The translations under genes and the position numbers were made by a program. From a virus (taxonomy: Duplodnaviria > Caudoviricetes): a stretch of 64,000 bases of DNA. Below are positions 51,146 to 60,256 of this stretch, in pieces. The DNA lies in IMG/VR virus record IMGVR_UViG_3300036773_000046, positions 15,067 to 79,066 of that record. One strand, written 5' to 3'. Position 1 is the first letter of the stretch. Each line of letters opens with the position of its first letter. The notes beneath the pieces are model-generated. The model made no database searches. It was given only the letters and a program-made list of their open reading frames with translations, and was not told where the DNA came from.

Positions 51146-52122
51146 CTAGGAAGGCGCTCGTTACCGGAGCCGGTGGCTTCATTGGTGGTCACCTCGTGCA
51201 GAGTTTACTTCACGAGGGCATGGACGTCATGGCAGTTGATCGTAAGCCGCGTGAAAGGTGGTATCAGACGCCACACGACGTGCGTAGCTTCACCGACACG
51301 AGCGTGCGTGAGCTCGTACCGGCAAACCTATCGGGCATCGACGAGGTGTATCACCTAGCCGCCGACATGGGCGGCATTGGCTACATCACGCACAACCTCG
51401 TGTCGTGCAGCCGCAACGTCGTCGACACGATCAACTTGCTGGACTGCGTGCATCCCGACACGCTGGTCTTCTTCTCCTCGTCGGCGTGCGTGTACCCCGT
51501 ACACATGCAGGAGAAGGGCGGGAACGTGTCGCTGGCAGAGCACATGGTGTGGCCCTACGATCCCGAACCCGGCTACGGATTCGAGAAGCTCTACGGCGAG
51601 CAGCTCATGAAGTGGTACCACGAAGAGCGCGACGTGCAAACACGCGTCGCGCGTTATCACAACGTGTACGGCCCGCACGGATCATGGAACGACGGTCGTG
51701 AGAAGGCACCCGCCGCCATCTGCCGCAAGGTCGCAATCGCAAAGCTCACGGGTGAACACACGATCGACATCTGGGGAGACGGCGAGCAGACGCGTAGCTT
51801 CATGTACGTCGATGACTGCGTCGAGGGCACGAAGCTGATTACCCGTGACACCCGACCTGACGCGTATGAGCCAGTCAACCTCGGCACCGAAGACTGGGTG
51901 ACGATCAACGAGCTGGTGTCCATCGTCGAGCAGATCGCGGGCGTGCACCTGCGACGACGTTACGATCTTACCGCGCCGCAAGGCGTGCGCGGGCGTAACA
52001 GCGACAACACCTTGATCGCCGAACGACTTGGGTGGGAGCCCAAGCTCACCCTCGAGTACGGGCTAGAGAAGACGTACCACTGGGTGTACGACCAGGTAAA
52101 GGCTGCGGCCGAAGGGTCGTGA
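51142..52122 (+). CDS. GDP-mannose 3,5-epimerase-like NAD-dependent epimerase
   Basis: TGAGGFIG, HLAADMGGIGYI, SSSACVYP, YGFEKL, GREKAPAAICRK, GVRGRNSDN. Confidence 0.85.
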   Translation: MTRKALVTGAGGFIGGHLVQSLLHEGMDVMAVDRKPRERWYQTPHDVRSFTDTSVRELVPANLSGIDEVYHLAADMGGIGYITHNLVSCSRNVVDTINLLDCVHPDTLVFFSSSACVYPVHMQEKGGNVSLAEHMVWPYDPEPGYGFEKLYGEQLMKWYHEERDVQTRVARYHNVYGPHGSWNDGREKAPAAICRKVAIAKLTGEHTIDIWGDGEQTRSFMYVDDCVEGTKLITRDTRPDAYEPVNLGTEDWVTINELVSIVEQIAGVHLRRRYDLTAPQGVRGRNSDNTLIAERLGWEPKLTLEYGLEKTYHWVYDQVKAAAEGS

Positions 52123-52997
52123 CCAACGAACTCAACACCACGCTGCTTGCACGCCTTGGCTGGTACGTCGCCGAGCGGCAAGCGACGTGGCATCGCCGGC
52201 AGCTTGGGATCACTCCGTGGTCGCCCGATCCCGTGATGTCATCAAACCACTTCACCAACGTCTACCGTGAACTTGATCCCGGCACGATCTATGCCCAAGA
52301 GCAACTCTCACAGCTTGATGAACTGCGTGACCGTATGTGGTTCGCGGTCGCGTATCGATTGGTCAACCGCCGCTCCACCTTCGAAGAGTACCCGGGTGGG
52401 TTCGGATGCTCATACACCGACGAGTGGCTGGCGTACCTTGAAGATCGTTACCAACGCGGGCTGACCGTCAAGACCAATCGACACCTCACCCCACGTCGTG
52501 AGTGGTACGAGAAGGCGTTGCGAACGATACCCACATTTCTACCTCGCGACGCGTCGGCGGCGTTCAAGACGTTGCACGGCGTCACGGGAGTGGGCGTGTT
52601 CACGGGTTGGCAGATACACTGCGATCTTGTGCAGTTCGGCGACATCGACTACGACCCATCATTCGTCGTCGTAGGTGACGGCGCGAGCTACTCGATCAGC
52701 TGCCTCTACGGGCAGCGACGGTTCGCCGACTACTGGCACGACGGGCGTGCGGGCACGAACATCGGACGTAAGCGTGCGGTAGGTGGCCGGGTGCGATCTT
52801 ACGCACACCCGTGGTTCAAGGAGGTGCTGCTGTGGCTAGTGGATCAGCAAGTTCATTGGCTGCCGTCGTACTGGCAGCCGTGGGATGGGCGTGCGCTCGA
52901 CCCCAAGAACGTCGAGCACTCACTCTGTGAGTGGCTGCGTTACGAACGTCATCTCATCAAGGATGCGGATGCGACACTTGATATACGATCAAGCTAA
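52119..52997 (+). CDS. aGPT-Pplase / 5-hmdU DNA kinase helical-domain family protein (HhH-glycosylase fold)
   Basis: ERQ.TW.RR..G..PWSPDPVM...HFTNVYRELD.GT, GVG.FTGWQI.CDL, EHSLCEW.RY. Confidence 0.6.
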   Translation: MTNELNTTLLARLGWYVAERQATWHRRQLGITPWSPDPVMSSNHFTNVYRELDPGTIYAQEQLSQLDELRDRMWFAVAYRLVNRRSTFEEYPGGFGCSYTDEWLAYLEDRYQRGLTVKTNRHLTPRREWYEKALRTIPTFLPRDASAAFKTLHGVTGVGVFTGWQIHCDLVQFGDIDYDPSFVVVGDGASYSISCLYGQRRFADYWHDGRAGTNIGRKRAVGGRVRSYAHPWFKEVLLWLVDQQVHWLPSYWQPWDGRALDPKNVEHSLCEWLRYERHLIKDADATLDIRSS

Positions 52998-53015
52998 GAC
53001 AGATTGGATTTTGAA

Positions 53016-53462
53016 ATGAGCGACTTCAACGACGTGGGCGACTTTCATCGTAAGATGGGACTACGCACGTCATCGGTTAGTCGAGTGGCGATGCTGCCTG
53101 ACCTCGACGACGCCGACGTGGACGACATGCTTCAGTTCCGCGTCGACTTCATGGACGAAGAGCTCACCGAGTTCAAGGATGGGTGGGCGGAGCAAGATCA
53201 CGCGAAGATGGCCGACGCGCTGATCGACCTCGTGTACGTCGCGATGGGAACGGCACACCTGCTCAACTACCCGTGGGCGGCGTTGTGGAACGAGGTGCAG
53301 TATGCGAACATGCAGAAGGAGCGCGCCGACGGCGCGGAAGACGCACGTTCAACGCGTAAGCACATGCTGGACGTCGTGAAGCCCGAGGGCTGGCAGCCGC
53401 CTGACGTCGAGGGTGTACTCAAGTACCATCGTAAGATCGACGACGATAGCTACGCGCACTGA
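53016..53462 (+). CDS. MazG-like all-alpha NTP pyrophosphatase (dUTPase/dCTPase-like)
   Basis: DFHRKMG, EELTEF, DALIDLVYVAMG, EVQYANMQK, VVKPEGWQPPD. Confidence 0.85.
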   Translation: MSDFNDVGDFHRKMGLRTSSVSRVAMLPDLDDADVDDMLQFRVDFMDEELTEFKDGWAEQDHAKMADALIDLVYVAMGTAHLLNYPWAALWNEVQYANMQKERADGAEDARSTRKHMLDVVKPEGWQPPDVEGVLKYHRKIDDDSYAH

Positions 53463-53464
53463 TC

Positions 53465-54700
53465 ATGTATCGAGCGTGTGATGTCATGGGCTTCGCGGGT
53501 GGCTTCACCCTGGGCATGGTGCAGGCAGGGTTTGAGCTCGCCGGCAAGAGAGAGCTACCCGGCGGCTTCGGCGCGTCCAACTGCCTAGCCAACCGCGATC
53601 TTCTTGGCGACGAGTGGGAACTCGAAGTGGGTCCCGGCGAGACGTGGACACCCGTGCAGGCTGACGCCGTGTTCGGCAACCCGCCGTGCTCGGGCTTCTC
53701 GGTGATGACGGCGCAGGCGCACCGCGGAATCGACGCAAAGATCAACGCGTGCATGTGGCACTTCAGCAACTACGTCGCACGGGTGAAGCCGCAGATCTCG
53801 ATCATGGAGAGTGTGCGCATGGCGTACACGACTGGTCGCCCACTGATGCAGCAGCTGCGCGCGAACGTCGAGCTGCAGACGGGTCTTAAGTACAACCTGA
53901 TTCACGTGTATCAGAACGCACTCGAGCTCGGTGGTGCGGCGCATCGTCCGCGCTACTTCAGCGTCATGGCGCGCGTACCCTTCGGCGTCGAGTACCCAAA
54001 CGTGCGCACACCTGTTCTTCGTGACGTCATTGAAGATCTCGAAGGACTCGACCTGACGTGGGAGCCACAGCCGTACAGACGTCCGCCGACGTGGTGGAGC
54101 AAGCCATCACGGTCGGACACGGGCATCGTAGACGGACACATGGTGTCTCGATCACCCGTCGTGACGCGCGCACTCGATCTTCTCGAGGCGAACGGCGGCT
54201 GGCCGCAGGGCAAGGCGGTGGGTAAGGTTCTCGAGGCGTACTACAAAGAGCACGGCACCCTGCCGAACAGCTGGCTCTACCAGAAAGATCGACTGGTCGC
54301 GCGTGACTTCTTCATGGGCTTCACCACGATGGTACGGTGGCGTGAAGATCGCCCAGCACGAGTGATCACGGGCGCGGCGTTGCAGTCGGTGCTTCACCCG
54401 TGGCTTGATCGAACGATCACACACCGTGAGACCGCACGTATCATGGGCTTCCCGGACGACTGGAAGATCAAGCCCATCGCCGGTAACGGCACGGCACCCA
54501 CGTGGGGCAAGGGCATCACGGTGCAGTGTGGTAAGTGGATCGGCGACTGGACCCGGCGGTCCATCGACGGCGAGCCGGGATCGAACCAAGGCATGCGCAT
54601 CGGAGACCGCGAGTACTTCATCGAGGCGACGCCACGCGTATGGAAGGCTTCCGTACCCGAACCCGACGTTGATCTAGACCCACTGGTGATCGGTGGCTAG
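53465..54700 (+). CDS. C5-cytosine DNA methyltransferase family
   Basis: GFAGGF (motif I), GNPPCSGFS (IV), MESV (VI, normally ENV), HRPRYF (VIII), RTITHRETARIMGFPDDW, GKGI (IX-X). Confidence 0.8.
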   Translation: MYRACDVMGFAGGFTLGMVQAGFELAGKRELPGGFGASNCLANRDLLGDEWELEVGPGETWTPVQADAVFGNPPCSGFSVMTAQAHRGIDAKINACMWHFSNYVARVKPQISIMESVRMAYTTGRPLMQQLRANVELQTGLKYNLIHVYQNALELGGAAHRPRYFSVMARVPFGVEYPNVRTPVLRDVIEDLEGLDLTWEPQPYRRPPTWWSKPSRSDTGIVDGHMVSRSPVVTRALDLLEANGGWPQGKAVGKVLEAYYKEHGTLPNSWLYQKDRLVARDFFMGFTTMVRWREDRPARVITGAALQSVLHPWLDRTITHRETARIMGFPDDWKIKPIAGNGTAPTWGKGITVQCGKWIGDWTRRSIDGEPGSNQGMRIGDREYFIEATPRVWKASVPEPDVDLDPLVIGG

Positions 54701-54778
54701 CCACTCTTAGGCGGCTAAAATTGGTCTTGTTCGACGGGTAAGGGACCCGTTCGACGGTCAAAATGAAAGGGACAGCAA

Positions 54779-55408
54779 ATGTCTCGTAGATTCAGAGCGC
54801 TCTTAAGTGTCGTCGCCATCACGGTGGCGTGCTTCGTGGCGCTGATCGGATCGGGAACGACGTCTGCGAACGCGAAGCCCAAGGCGGCTAGGACCGAGGT
54901 GTGTCAGACGTACACGGTTGCGTTTCTCGACGAAGACGCGAACCCAGGCAACTACCGACACAAGCCTGGTGTTCAATGTTTCGGATCGTATGCAGATTTC
55001 CACGATTTCATCACTCGATTCGTGAATCAAGGTGGACACTGGTTCGGCACCGGATACGACACATGCTGCTCAGAGGGTGGTGATCGTGTCGCGTTCCTCG
55101 ACGGTCGCAACAACGCTGGCTGCGGAAACATCGACTACCGCATTGATCTCATGCCCGACGGGTGGAACGACCGGCTCTCCGAGTTCCGCACCGAGCAGAC
55201 CGCGTGCACCAACTGGAAGTTCTACGATGGGTCATCGCTCGGAAACCCGAACTACGCAGGGAACACTCTTCCTGAGCCGAACGGCAACCCGAACGCACAT
55301 CTCCTAACGACGAGCGAGCCGTGCTTGATCTACTTCCAGACGTTTACCAGTCTGGACAATCAGGTCTCGTCCATCTCGTTCAACAACAACGCGAACCCTG
55401 CCTGCTGA
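54779..55408 (+). CDS. Secreted protein with beta/gamma-crystallin-like (peptidase inhibitor I36-like) repeats
   Basis: Sec signal peptide; WNDRLSEF and LDNQVSSISF motifs; multiple Cys. Confidence 0.55.
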   Translation: MSRRFRALLSVVAITVACFVALIGSGTTSANAKPKAARTEVCQTYTVAFLDEDANPGNYRHKPGVQCFGSYADFHDFITRFVNQGGHWFGTGYDTCCSEGGDRVAFLDGRNNAGCGNIDYRIDLMPDGWNDRLSEFRTEQTACTNWKFYDGSSLGNPNYAGNTLPEPNGNPNAHLLTTSEPCLIYFQTFTSLDNQVSSISFNNNANPAC

Positions 55409-55487
55409 CATCACACTGCATCATCACTTGGCCGCCGCATCTGGTAATGTCATCGTTGACCATCCAATTGAGAGGACGTGAGGTTGT

Positions 55488-55766
55488 ATGACGGAGGCAC
55501 CAGCCGAGGGTGCGGCGGCCGAGGAGTCGGGCAGGCGCGGGCGACCGCGACCGCAAGACACCATCGACCGCGACGAGCAGGTGTACCAGCTGCTCACCAA
55601 GGGCGCGCTGTCGCGCGTCGAGATCGCCGAGAAGCTCGGCATCGAACCCAAGGCGGCGTACCTGTCGCTGTTCCGGCTCAAGCGTGACGGCTACGTCAAG
55701 CGGACGCAGGGCGCTAAGGGCGATGCCAAGTCGAACACCTGGGAGGCCGTGAGCGCGTCGGACTAA
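55488..55766 (+). CDS. Winged-helix DNA-binding protein with RGRP motif
   Basis: RRGRPRP, LSRVEIAEKLGIEPKAAYLSLFRLKRDGYV. Confidence 0.75.
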   Translation: MTEAPAEGAAAEESGRRGRPRPQDTIDRDEQVYQLLTKGALSRVEIAEKLGIEPKAAYLSLFRLKRDGYVKRTQGAKGDAKSNTWEAVSASD

Positions 55767-55795
55767 GTGGTCCGGCACGAATCAAGTCAGTCGGT

Positions 55796-55840
55796 AGACC
55801 CCGGCTGCCGACGAACTAGAGTCGTTGGTAGTCGGGGTCT
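55796..55840 (+). terminator. 19-bp hairpin (3 G-U pairs), probable terminator
   Basis: AGACCCCGGCTGCCGACGA / TCGTTGGTAGTCGGGGTCT, 7-nt loop; wobble pairs form only on the plus strand. Confidence 0.6.
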
Positions 55841-55861
55841 TCGACGTTCGAGGAGCAGTGG

Positions 55862-56590
55862 ATGGCCAACGATCTTAAGCTGAAGTTGTGGTCCAGTGAT
55901 CCACGACTCAAGCGACACATCAACCACGACCCGCGTTCGCTGAACTACAAACTCGACGTGTCGAACTTGGCGCTCGTGGACGTCGAGTGGCCCATGCACA
56001 TCGCCCTGCGCGACCAGGGTCAAGTCGGCCAGTGTACGGCGGAGGCGGCCACCGAGGCGTTGGGCAGCGATCCCTTCTTCACCACTCTTGCCGGCGACGT
56101 CCAGTCACAGCTCGACACCGAAGAGTTCTCCCTGCAGTTCTACAGCAACGAGGAGACGCTCAACGGCGACGGTCCCTACCCACCCAATGACAACGGCAGC
56201 GACGGCCTTACGTCGGCGAAGGTCGCGCAGGCACGCAACTTGATTAGTGGGTACGAGCACACGTTCGCCGCCGAGGACGCGCTGAAGGGTCTACAGCTAC
56301 GACCCTTTAGCTGGGGCACGTTGTGGAAGACGGGTATGGACGACGTGGACGCGTCGACTGGTCAAGTCACGTACGCGGGGAACACCCGCGGCGGGCACGA
56401 GATGTGCGGCTACAAAGTGGACGTGTTGAACGAACACCTGTGGGTTCGCCAGTCGTGGGGCCCGTGGGGGTATCAGAACGGCGGAGTCTTTTGGATCAGC
56501 TTCACAGACTTCGAGAAGTCGTTGGCCGACCAGGGCGACGTCACGTTCTTCACGCCACTCAACCTTCCCGCGCCTACACCTTCAAGCTGA
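55862..56590 (+). CDS. Papain-like cysteine peptidase (C1 family)
   Basis: RDQGQVGQCTA, GGHEM, VRQSWGPWG. Confidence 0.8.
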   Translation: MANDLKLKLWSSDPRLKRHINHDPRSLNYKLDVSNLALVDVEWPMHIALRDQGQVGQCTAEAATEALGSDPFFTTLAGDVQSQLDTEEFSLQFYSNEETLNGDGPYPPNDNGSDGLTSAKVAQARNLISGYEHTFAAEDALKGLQLRPFSWGTLWKTGMDDVDASTGQVTYAGNTRGGHEMCGYKVDVLNEHLWVRQSWGPWGYQNGGVFWISFTDFEKSLADQGDVTFFTPLNLPAPTPSS

Positions 56591-56605
56591 AGGGAGGTGA
56601 CATTC

Positions 56606-56761
56606 ATGGGAGTGATCGCGGCGGTCTTCTTCCTCATCGCTCTGCTGGTGGGCAAGCCCGACACAGGCGGAAGTACGTTCTGGGTTATCCTAGGACTGAT
56701 CTTCCTGGCACTCGCCGTCGAGTTCGGTGGGTATGTGCGTGAGCGGTTCGTTCGCCGGTAA
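56606..56761 (+). CDS. Small two-TM membrane protein
   Basis: GGAGG RBS; MGVIAAVFFLIALLVG...FWVILGLIFLALAVEF; below the ORF-track cutoff. Confidence 0.6.
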   Translation: MGVIAAVFFLIALLVGKPDTGGSTFWVILGLIFLALAVEFGGYVRERFVRR

Positions 56762-56772
56762 GCGCACAAAGA

Positions 56773-56805
56773 TCGGCGCGCGACCCAAGTGCGGTCGCGC
56801 GCCGA
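56773..56805. terminator. 13-bp hairpin between convergent genes
   Basis: TCGGCGCGCGACC / GGTCGCGCGCCGA perfect stem. Confidence 0.7.
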
Positions 56806-56814
56806 CGTGTGTTA

Positions 56815-57132
56815 CTAGCTATCAGCCACCCAGGCCATGATTTGATCGTGCCCGGCGATCAATCGCGTGAGGGCGTCGTCGTGTGACAGCCCGTGCGCGT
56901 CTGTCCACACGTTGATCGTCTCGGCGACCATTTCGTCGAGGGTGTCGACGGTGGGTGTCATTTCCGAGTCGTCGTAGTCCAGCTCGTCGCCGGGCTCGGA
57001 GAGCATCCACCTGATCATCGCGGTGAGGGTGTGCGCCGCGTCGTTCCACTCGACGTTGCGCGTGTCTGCCCACGCGCTGATCCAATTGATCACGTGATGA
57101 TCGGCGTCGGGTACGGTGAGTGTTGCGTTCAT
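56815..57132 (-). CDS. Hypothetical protein with internal duplication (INWISAWAD / INVWTDAH)
   Basis: Strong RBS ggaaaggaaacgatc before ATG. Confidence 0.65.
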   Translation of the reverse strand: MNATLTVPDADHHVINWISAWADTRNVEWNDAAHTLTAMIRWMLSEPGDELDYDDSEMTPTVDTLDEMVAETINVWTDAHGLSHDDALTRLIAGHDQIMAWVADS

Positions 57133-58008
57133 GATCGTTTCCTTTCCTTGCTTTCCTGGACGCGACCAATCTTACCAGCGTTGACCGTGACGTGCAACGA
57201 GGCGCACGACGAGAAGATCGTTTATACGGAAATGAAAATGATGCGGCGACACGCCGTACGAAGATCAATAAACCGACTGTCGCATTTGTCGGGTTAGCCA
57301 GGTCACCCGAGAGACAAGATCTCTGGACTCCGAATACGTTCCAGCACGCAAGCTGGTCGCGCCCGCCAGCCTGCACGACGGGGCGGTCAGCCGCGATCGC
57401 TCTCGTCGATCTTCAAGCGGATTTCGGGTCACCCGTAGTTCACGAACGGCTGACGCCGTGGACGTACTAGCACGCGCGCTAGCTGGTCCGCCCTACGCCC
57501 ACGTCGGGGTCGTCGCGGGCAAATCGCACGCGACCCGCGCGTTTTGGCGGGCTACGTTGCGCGTGGCCAAAGGCGGCGTAGGGCGGCGTTGATCTCCGTC
57601 GCGCGTCGTTGGTCGCGCGACCCGCTGCACCCCGCAGAAAGAAGATCAACGAGGGTGTTATCGTTTCGTTATCGTCCTGAATCCCACTCTGCGGTGGCCG
57701 GCAATTTCTTGATCAAACCACACGGCCCAATCGCCCTAGACCCATCGTAGGACGGCGGGCCGTTTCGTCCCCCTAAAACGTTGGGCCGTAGCTGGCGATT
57801 GGCCGCCCCGTACGCGGCGACGACGGGTCACCTGCGCTAGCGTGATAGAACGTAGTCGGAAGAAGATCAAACCACGTTAGACGTGGACTGGTCGCCGCCC
57901 TGATTCTCCTTTTGATCTTGGTTGGGGGCAAAACGATCAGTTGTCTAGGTCCCTCGTTTTTCGCCCTGCGTCGCCGCGTAGATGGCTGGCGAGGGTACGC
58001 TACGCCTA

Positions 58009-58037
58009 TTTACAAGTGATGTCATCATTGCTAGGAT
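58009..58037 (+). promoter_or_regulatory. Sigma70/HrdB-type promoter upstream of the cassette array
   Basis: TTTACA-17 nt-TAGGAT with extended -10 TG. Confidence 0.65.
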
Positions 58038-58748
58038 GAACGTAGTTCATTCAAAACAAAACAGCGACCGGGACTCCGAAACCGTACGTACTCGATCAAC
58101 GCGCGAATCGCCACCCGTCCGATCTTGATGAATTCGATCAAGTGCTGGAACGTCCAACGATTTCTTGATCCAAGTGGAAATGGATCAAGATGGTAGCAAT
58201 CGAGAACTGGATCTTTGATCCTTGACGTCCACCCAACCGGTGATCATGAACGCATTTGATCTCTCCGAGAACCAGCCTGGTCGCTGAATGAATACGATCA
58301 AGAAACCACGTAGATCTTGCGCGGCTGCTTGACCCAAGATCCAGTCACTCGTCGTAGTCGTTCCCGCGATCACGATACGACGAACGACGACACGATCTTC
58401 GGCACCGGCCCTTCGACGCACGTCTTGATCAAATAACGGGTCAGCCCGCGACCTTGAACGCGGGTGGGTTGATCGACAGCCCGAAGAGCCTGAAACTTCA
58501 CCGTGCGGCTCCAAACGATCAAACGCCCTGGCGATCAGCTAGGGCGATCAACTAGAACAACTTCATAAGATCCAACAAGTTGCGTGGCGGCGCGTCTAAC
58601 GACGCGCCGACCGCGTTGCTTGCTTGATCCACAAGCAAGATCGAGGAAAGGGAGATCAACAAAATGCGTCACTACTGGTTCCACCTCTACACCATCACCA
58701 ACACCCTGCTCGTCGCCCTCTGCTACCTGCCGTAGCCAAGGAGAGAAC

Positions 58749-59024
58749 ATGATCCACTACGTCACCTCCGTTTCGATCCCTTGGGATCCAATGATCTTCG
58801 GCATCGCGCGCGACGACACGCCCGACGACCTGGGTGCGTTGATCCAAGAGCAATATCGCGATGCGTTGATCACCTGGGCCGAAGAAATGGGGCCCAACGT
58901 TTTGATCACCTGCGCGAACACCAGCTACGCGACGTGCGAACGATTCCACGAAGAGTTCGACGATCAAGCGATGACGCCCGACGACTGCTACGCGATCATC
59001 GCCGTAGCCGTCGCCGACGACTGA
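58749..59024 (+). CDS. Cassette gene, hypothetical
   Basis: RBS aaggagag; its TGA is the first 3 nt of the repeat at 59022. Confidence 0.7.
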   Translation: MIHYVTSVSIPWDPMIFGIARDDTPDDLGALIQEQYRDALITWAEEMGPNVLITCANTSYATCERFHEEFDDQAMTPDDCYAIIAVAVADD

Positions 59025-59100
59025 TCTCGTTGCGTTGCGATCAGCGTTCGCGCTGATCGCTTCGTTGCACGATCAAGTCGATCATGCAAGAGAGGAAATC

Positions 59101-59286
59101 ATGACCACCTGGCAACCCACCAACACATCGGCATCCAACGTTGACGCCGAGCTCGACGAGCTGCTCGACTCATTGGCGACCGTTCGCGTTCCCGCGCGTC
59201 GTCGCCGTACCGACGACGAAGCCGTCCGCGATCTTCGCGAGCACGGCTACGTCAACCACGTTCCCTCGCGCTGGACGCGCTGGTGA
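59101..59286 (+). CDS. Cassette gene, hypothetical
   Basis: RBS gagaggaa; stop lies 1 nt before the repeat at 59288. Confidence 0.65.
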   Translation: MTTWQPTNTSASNVDAELDELLDSLATVRVPARRRRTDDEAVRDLREHGYVNHVPSRWTRW

Positions 59287-59378
59287 CTGATCGCGTTGCG
59301 TTGCGACGACGTTCACACGTCGTCGCTTCGTTGCATGATCAGCCGATCGTGCTACACACCCCTACGAGGGAGAAGATC

Positions 59379-59741
59379 ATGTCCCACAAGATCGAGCTAG
59401 TCGACCGCACGCCCGCGTTCGTCGTCCCGGAAGACGTCGCACTCGAGCTCAAAGAGATCGCGTCGAAGCTGGACGCGAACCCACTGCAGGTCGCGCGCCT
59501 GACGTTCACCGACGCGAAAGAGATCACGTTGTTCGTCAAGCAAGCGAAGAGCTGGGCGGCCGCGAACGGCTACGTGTACGGCAAGCGGCGCAACCTGACC
59601 ACGTCCGACAAGGAGTTGACGTTCGTGCTGGTGCCAGCGGCCAAGGCCGAGGCGCGCAAGCAAGAGCTGGCCGCGAAGCGCGCGGAGCGCGCGGCGAAGG
59701 CAGCTAAGACGAACACGAGCAAGGGCAACAAGAAGAGCTGA
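59379..59741 (+). CDS. Cassette gene, hypothetical with Lys/Ala-rich tail
   Basis: gagggagaagatcATG; stop is the start of the repeat. Confidence 0.7.
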   Translation: MSHKIELVDRTPAFVVPEDVALELKEIASKLDANPLQVARLTFTDAKEITLFVKQAKSWAAANGYVYGKRRNLTTSDKELTFVLVPAAKAEARKQELAAKRAERAAKAAKTNTSKGNKKS

Positions 59742-59830
59742 TCGCGTTGCGTTCGACGGCGACCCAACGTCGCCGTCGTTCGTTGCATGATCAGACGATC
59801 AAGCAGCACACCGACGAAGGGGAAGAGATC

Positions 59831-60202
59831 ATGGGCAAGCACTCGATCATCGGCACGACGTTGGAGGTCGGGTACGACGACCTCAACGAAGAGATCGACG
59901 TCATACAGGTGGGTGCCGAGTCGTTTTACGGCGTGAAGCTGGACGTGCTGGAAGCCGACAGCTCTTCGGTGCGTTTCGGCTTGACTGGTCGCGAAGATTG
60001 CGTCATGGGCTTCCTCGTTGACTACTTCATCGGCGACGAAGATCTCGCCGTGCTGCACGTGTCGATTCACAAGCTCTTCGTCGTGAACCCAGCCGACTAC
60101 GACCCCGCGAACGCGCGACCGTACGACCCACGTCATGCCGCGCATTGCGCGCGTTGTGGCGCGCAGACTGACGAGCTTGGTCACTGCGTCAACGACTGCT
60201 GA
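59831..60202 (+). CDS. Cassette gene, hypothetical (C-terminal CxxC...HC)
   Basis: gaaggggaagagatcATG; stop is the start of the repeat. Confidence 0.7.
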   Translation: MGKHSIIGTTLEVGYDDLNEEIDVIQVGAESFYGVKLDVLEADSSSVRFGLTGREDCVMGFLVDYFIGDEDLAVLHVSIHKLFVVNPADYDPANARPYDPRHAAHCARCGAQTDELGHCVNDC

Positions 60203-60256
60203 TCGCGTTGCGTTGCGTAAGACATCGATCTTACGCTTCGTTGCACGATCACCTAG

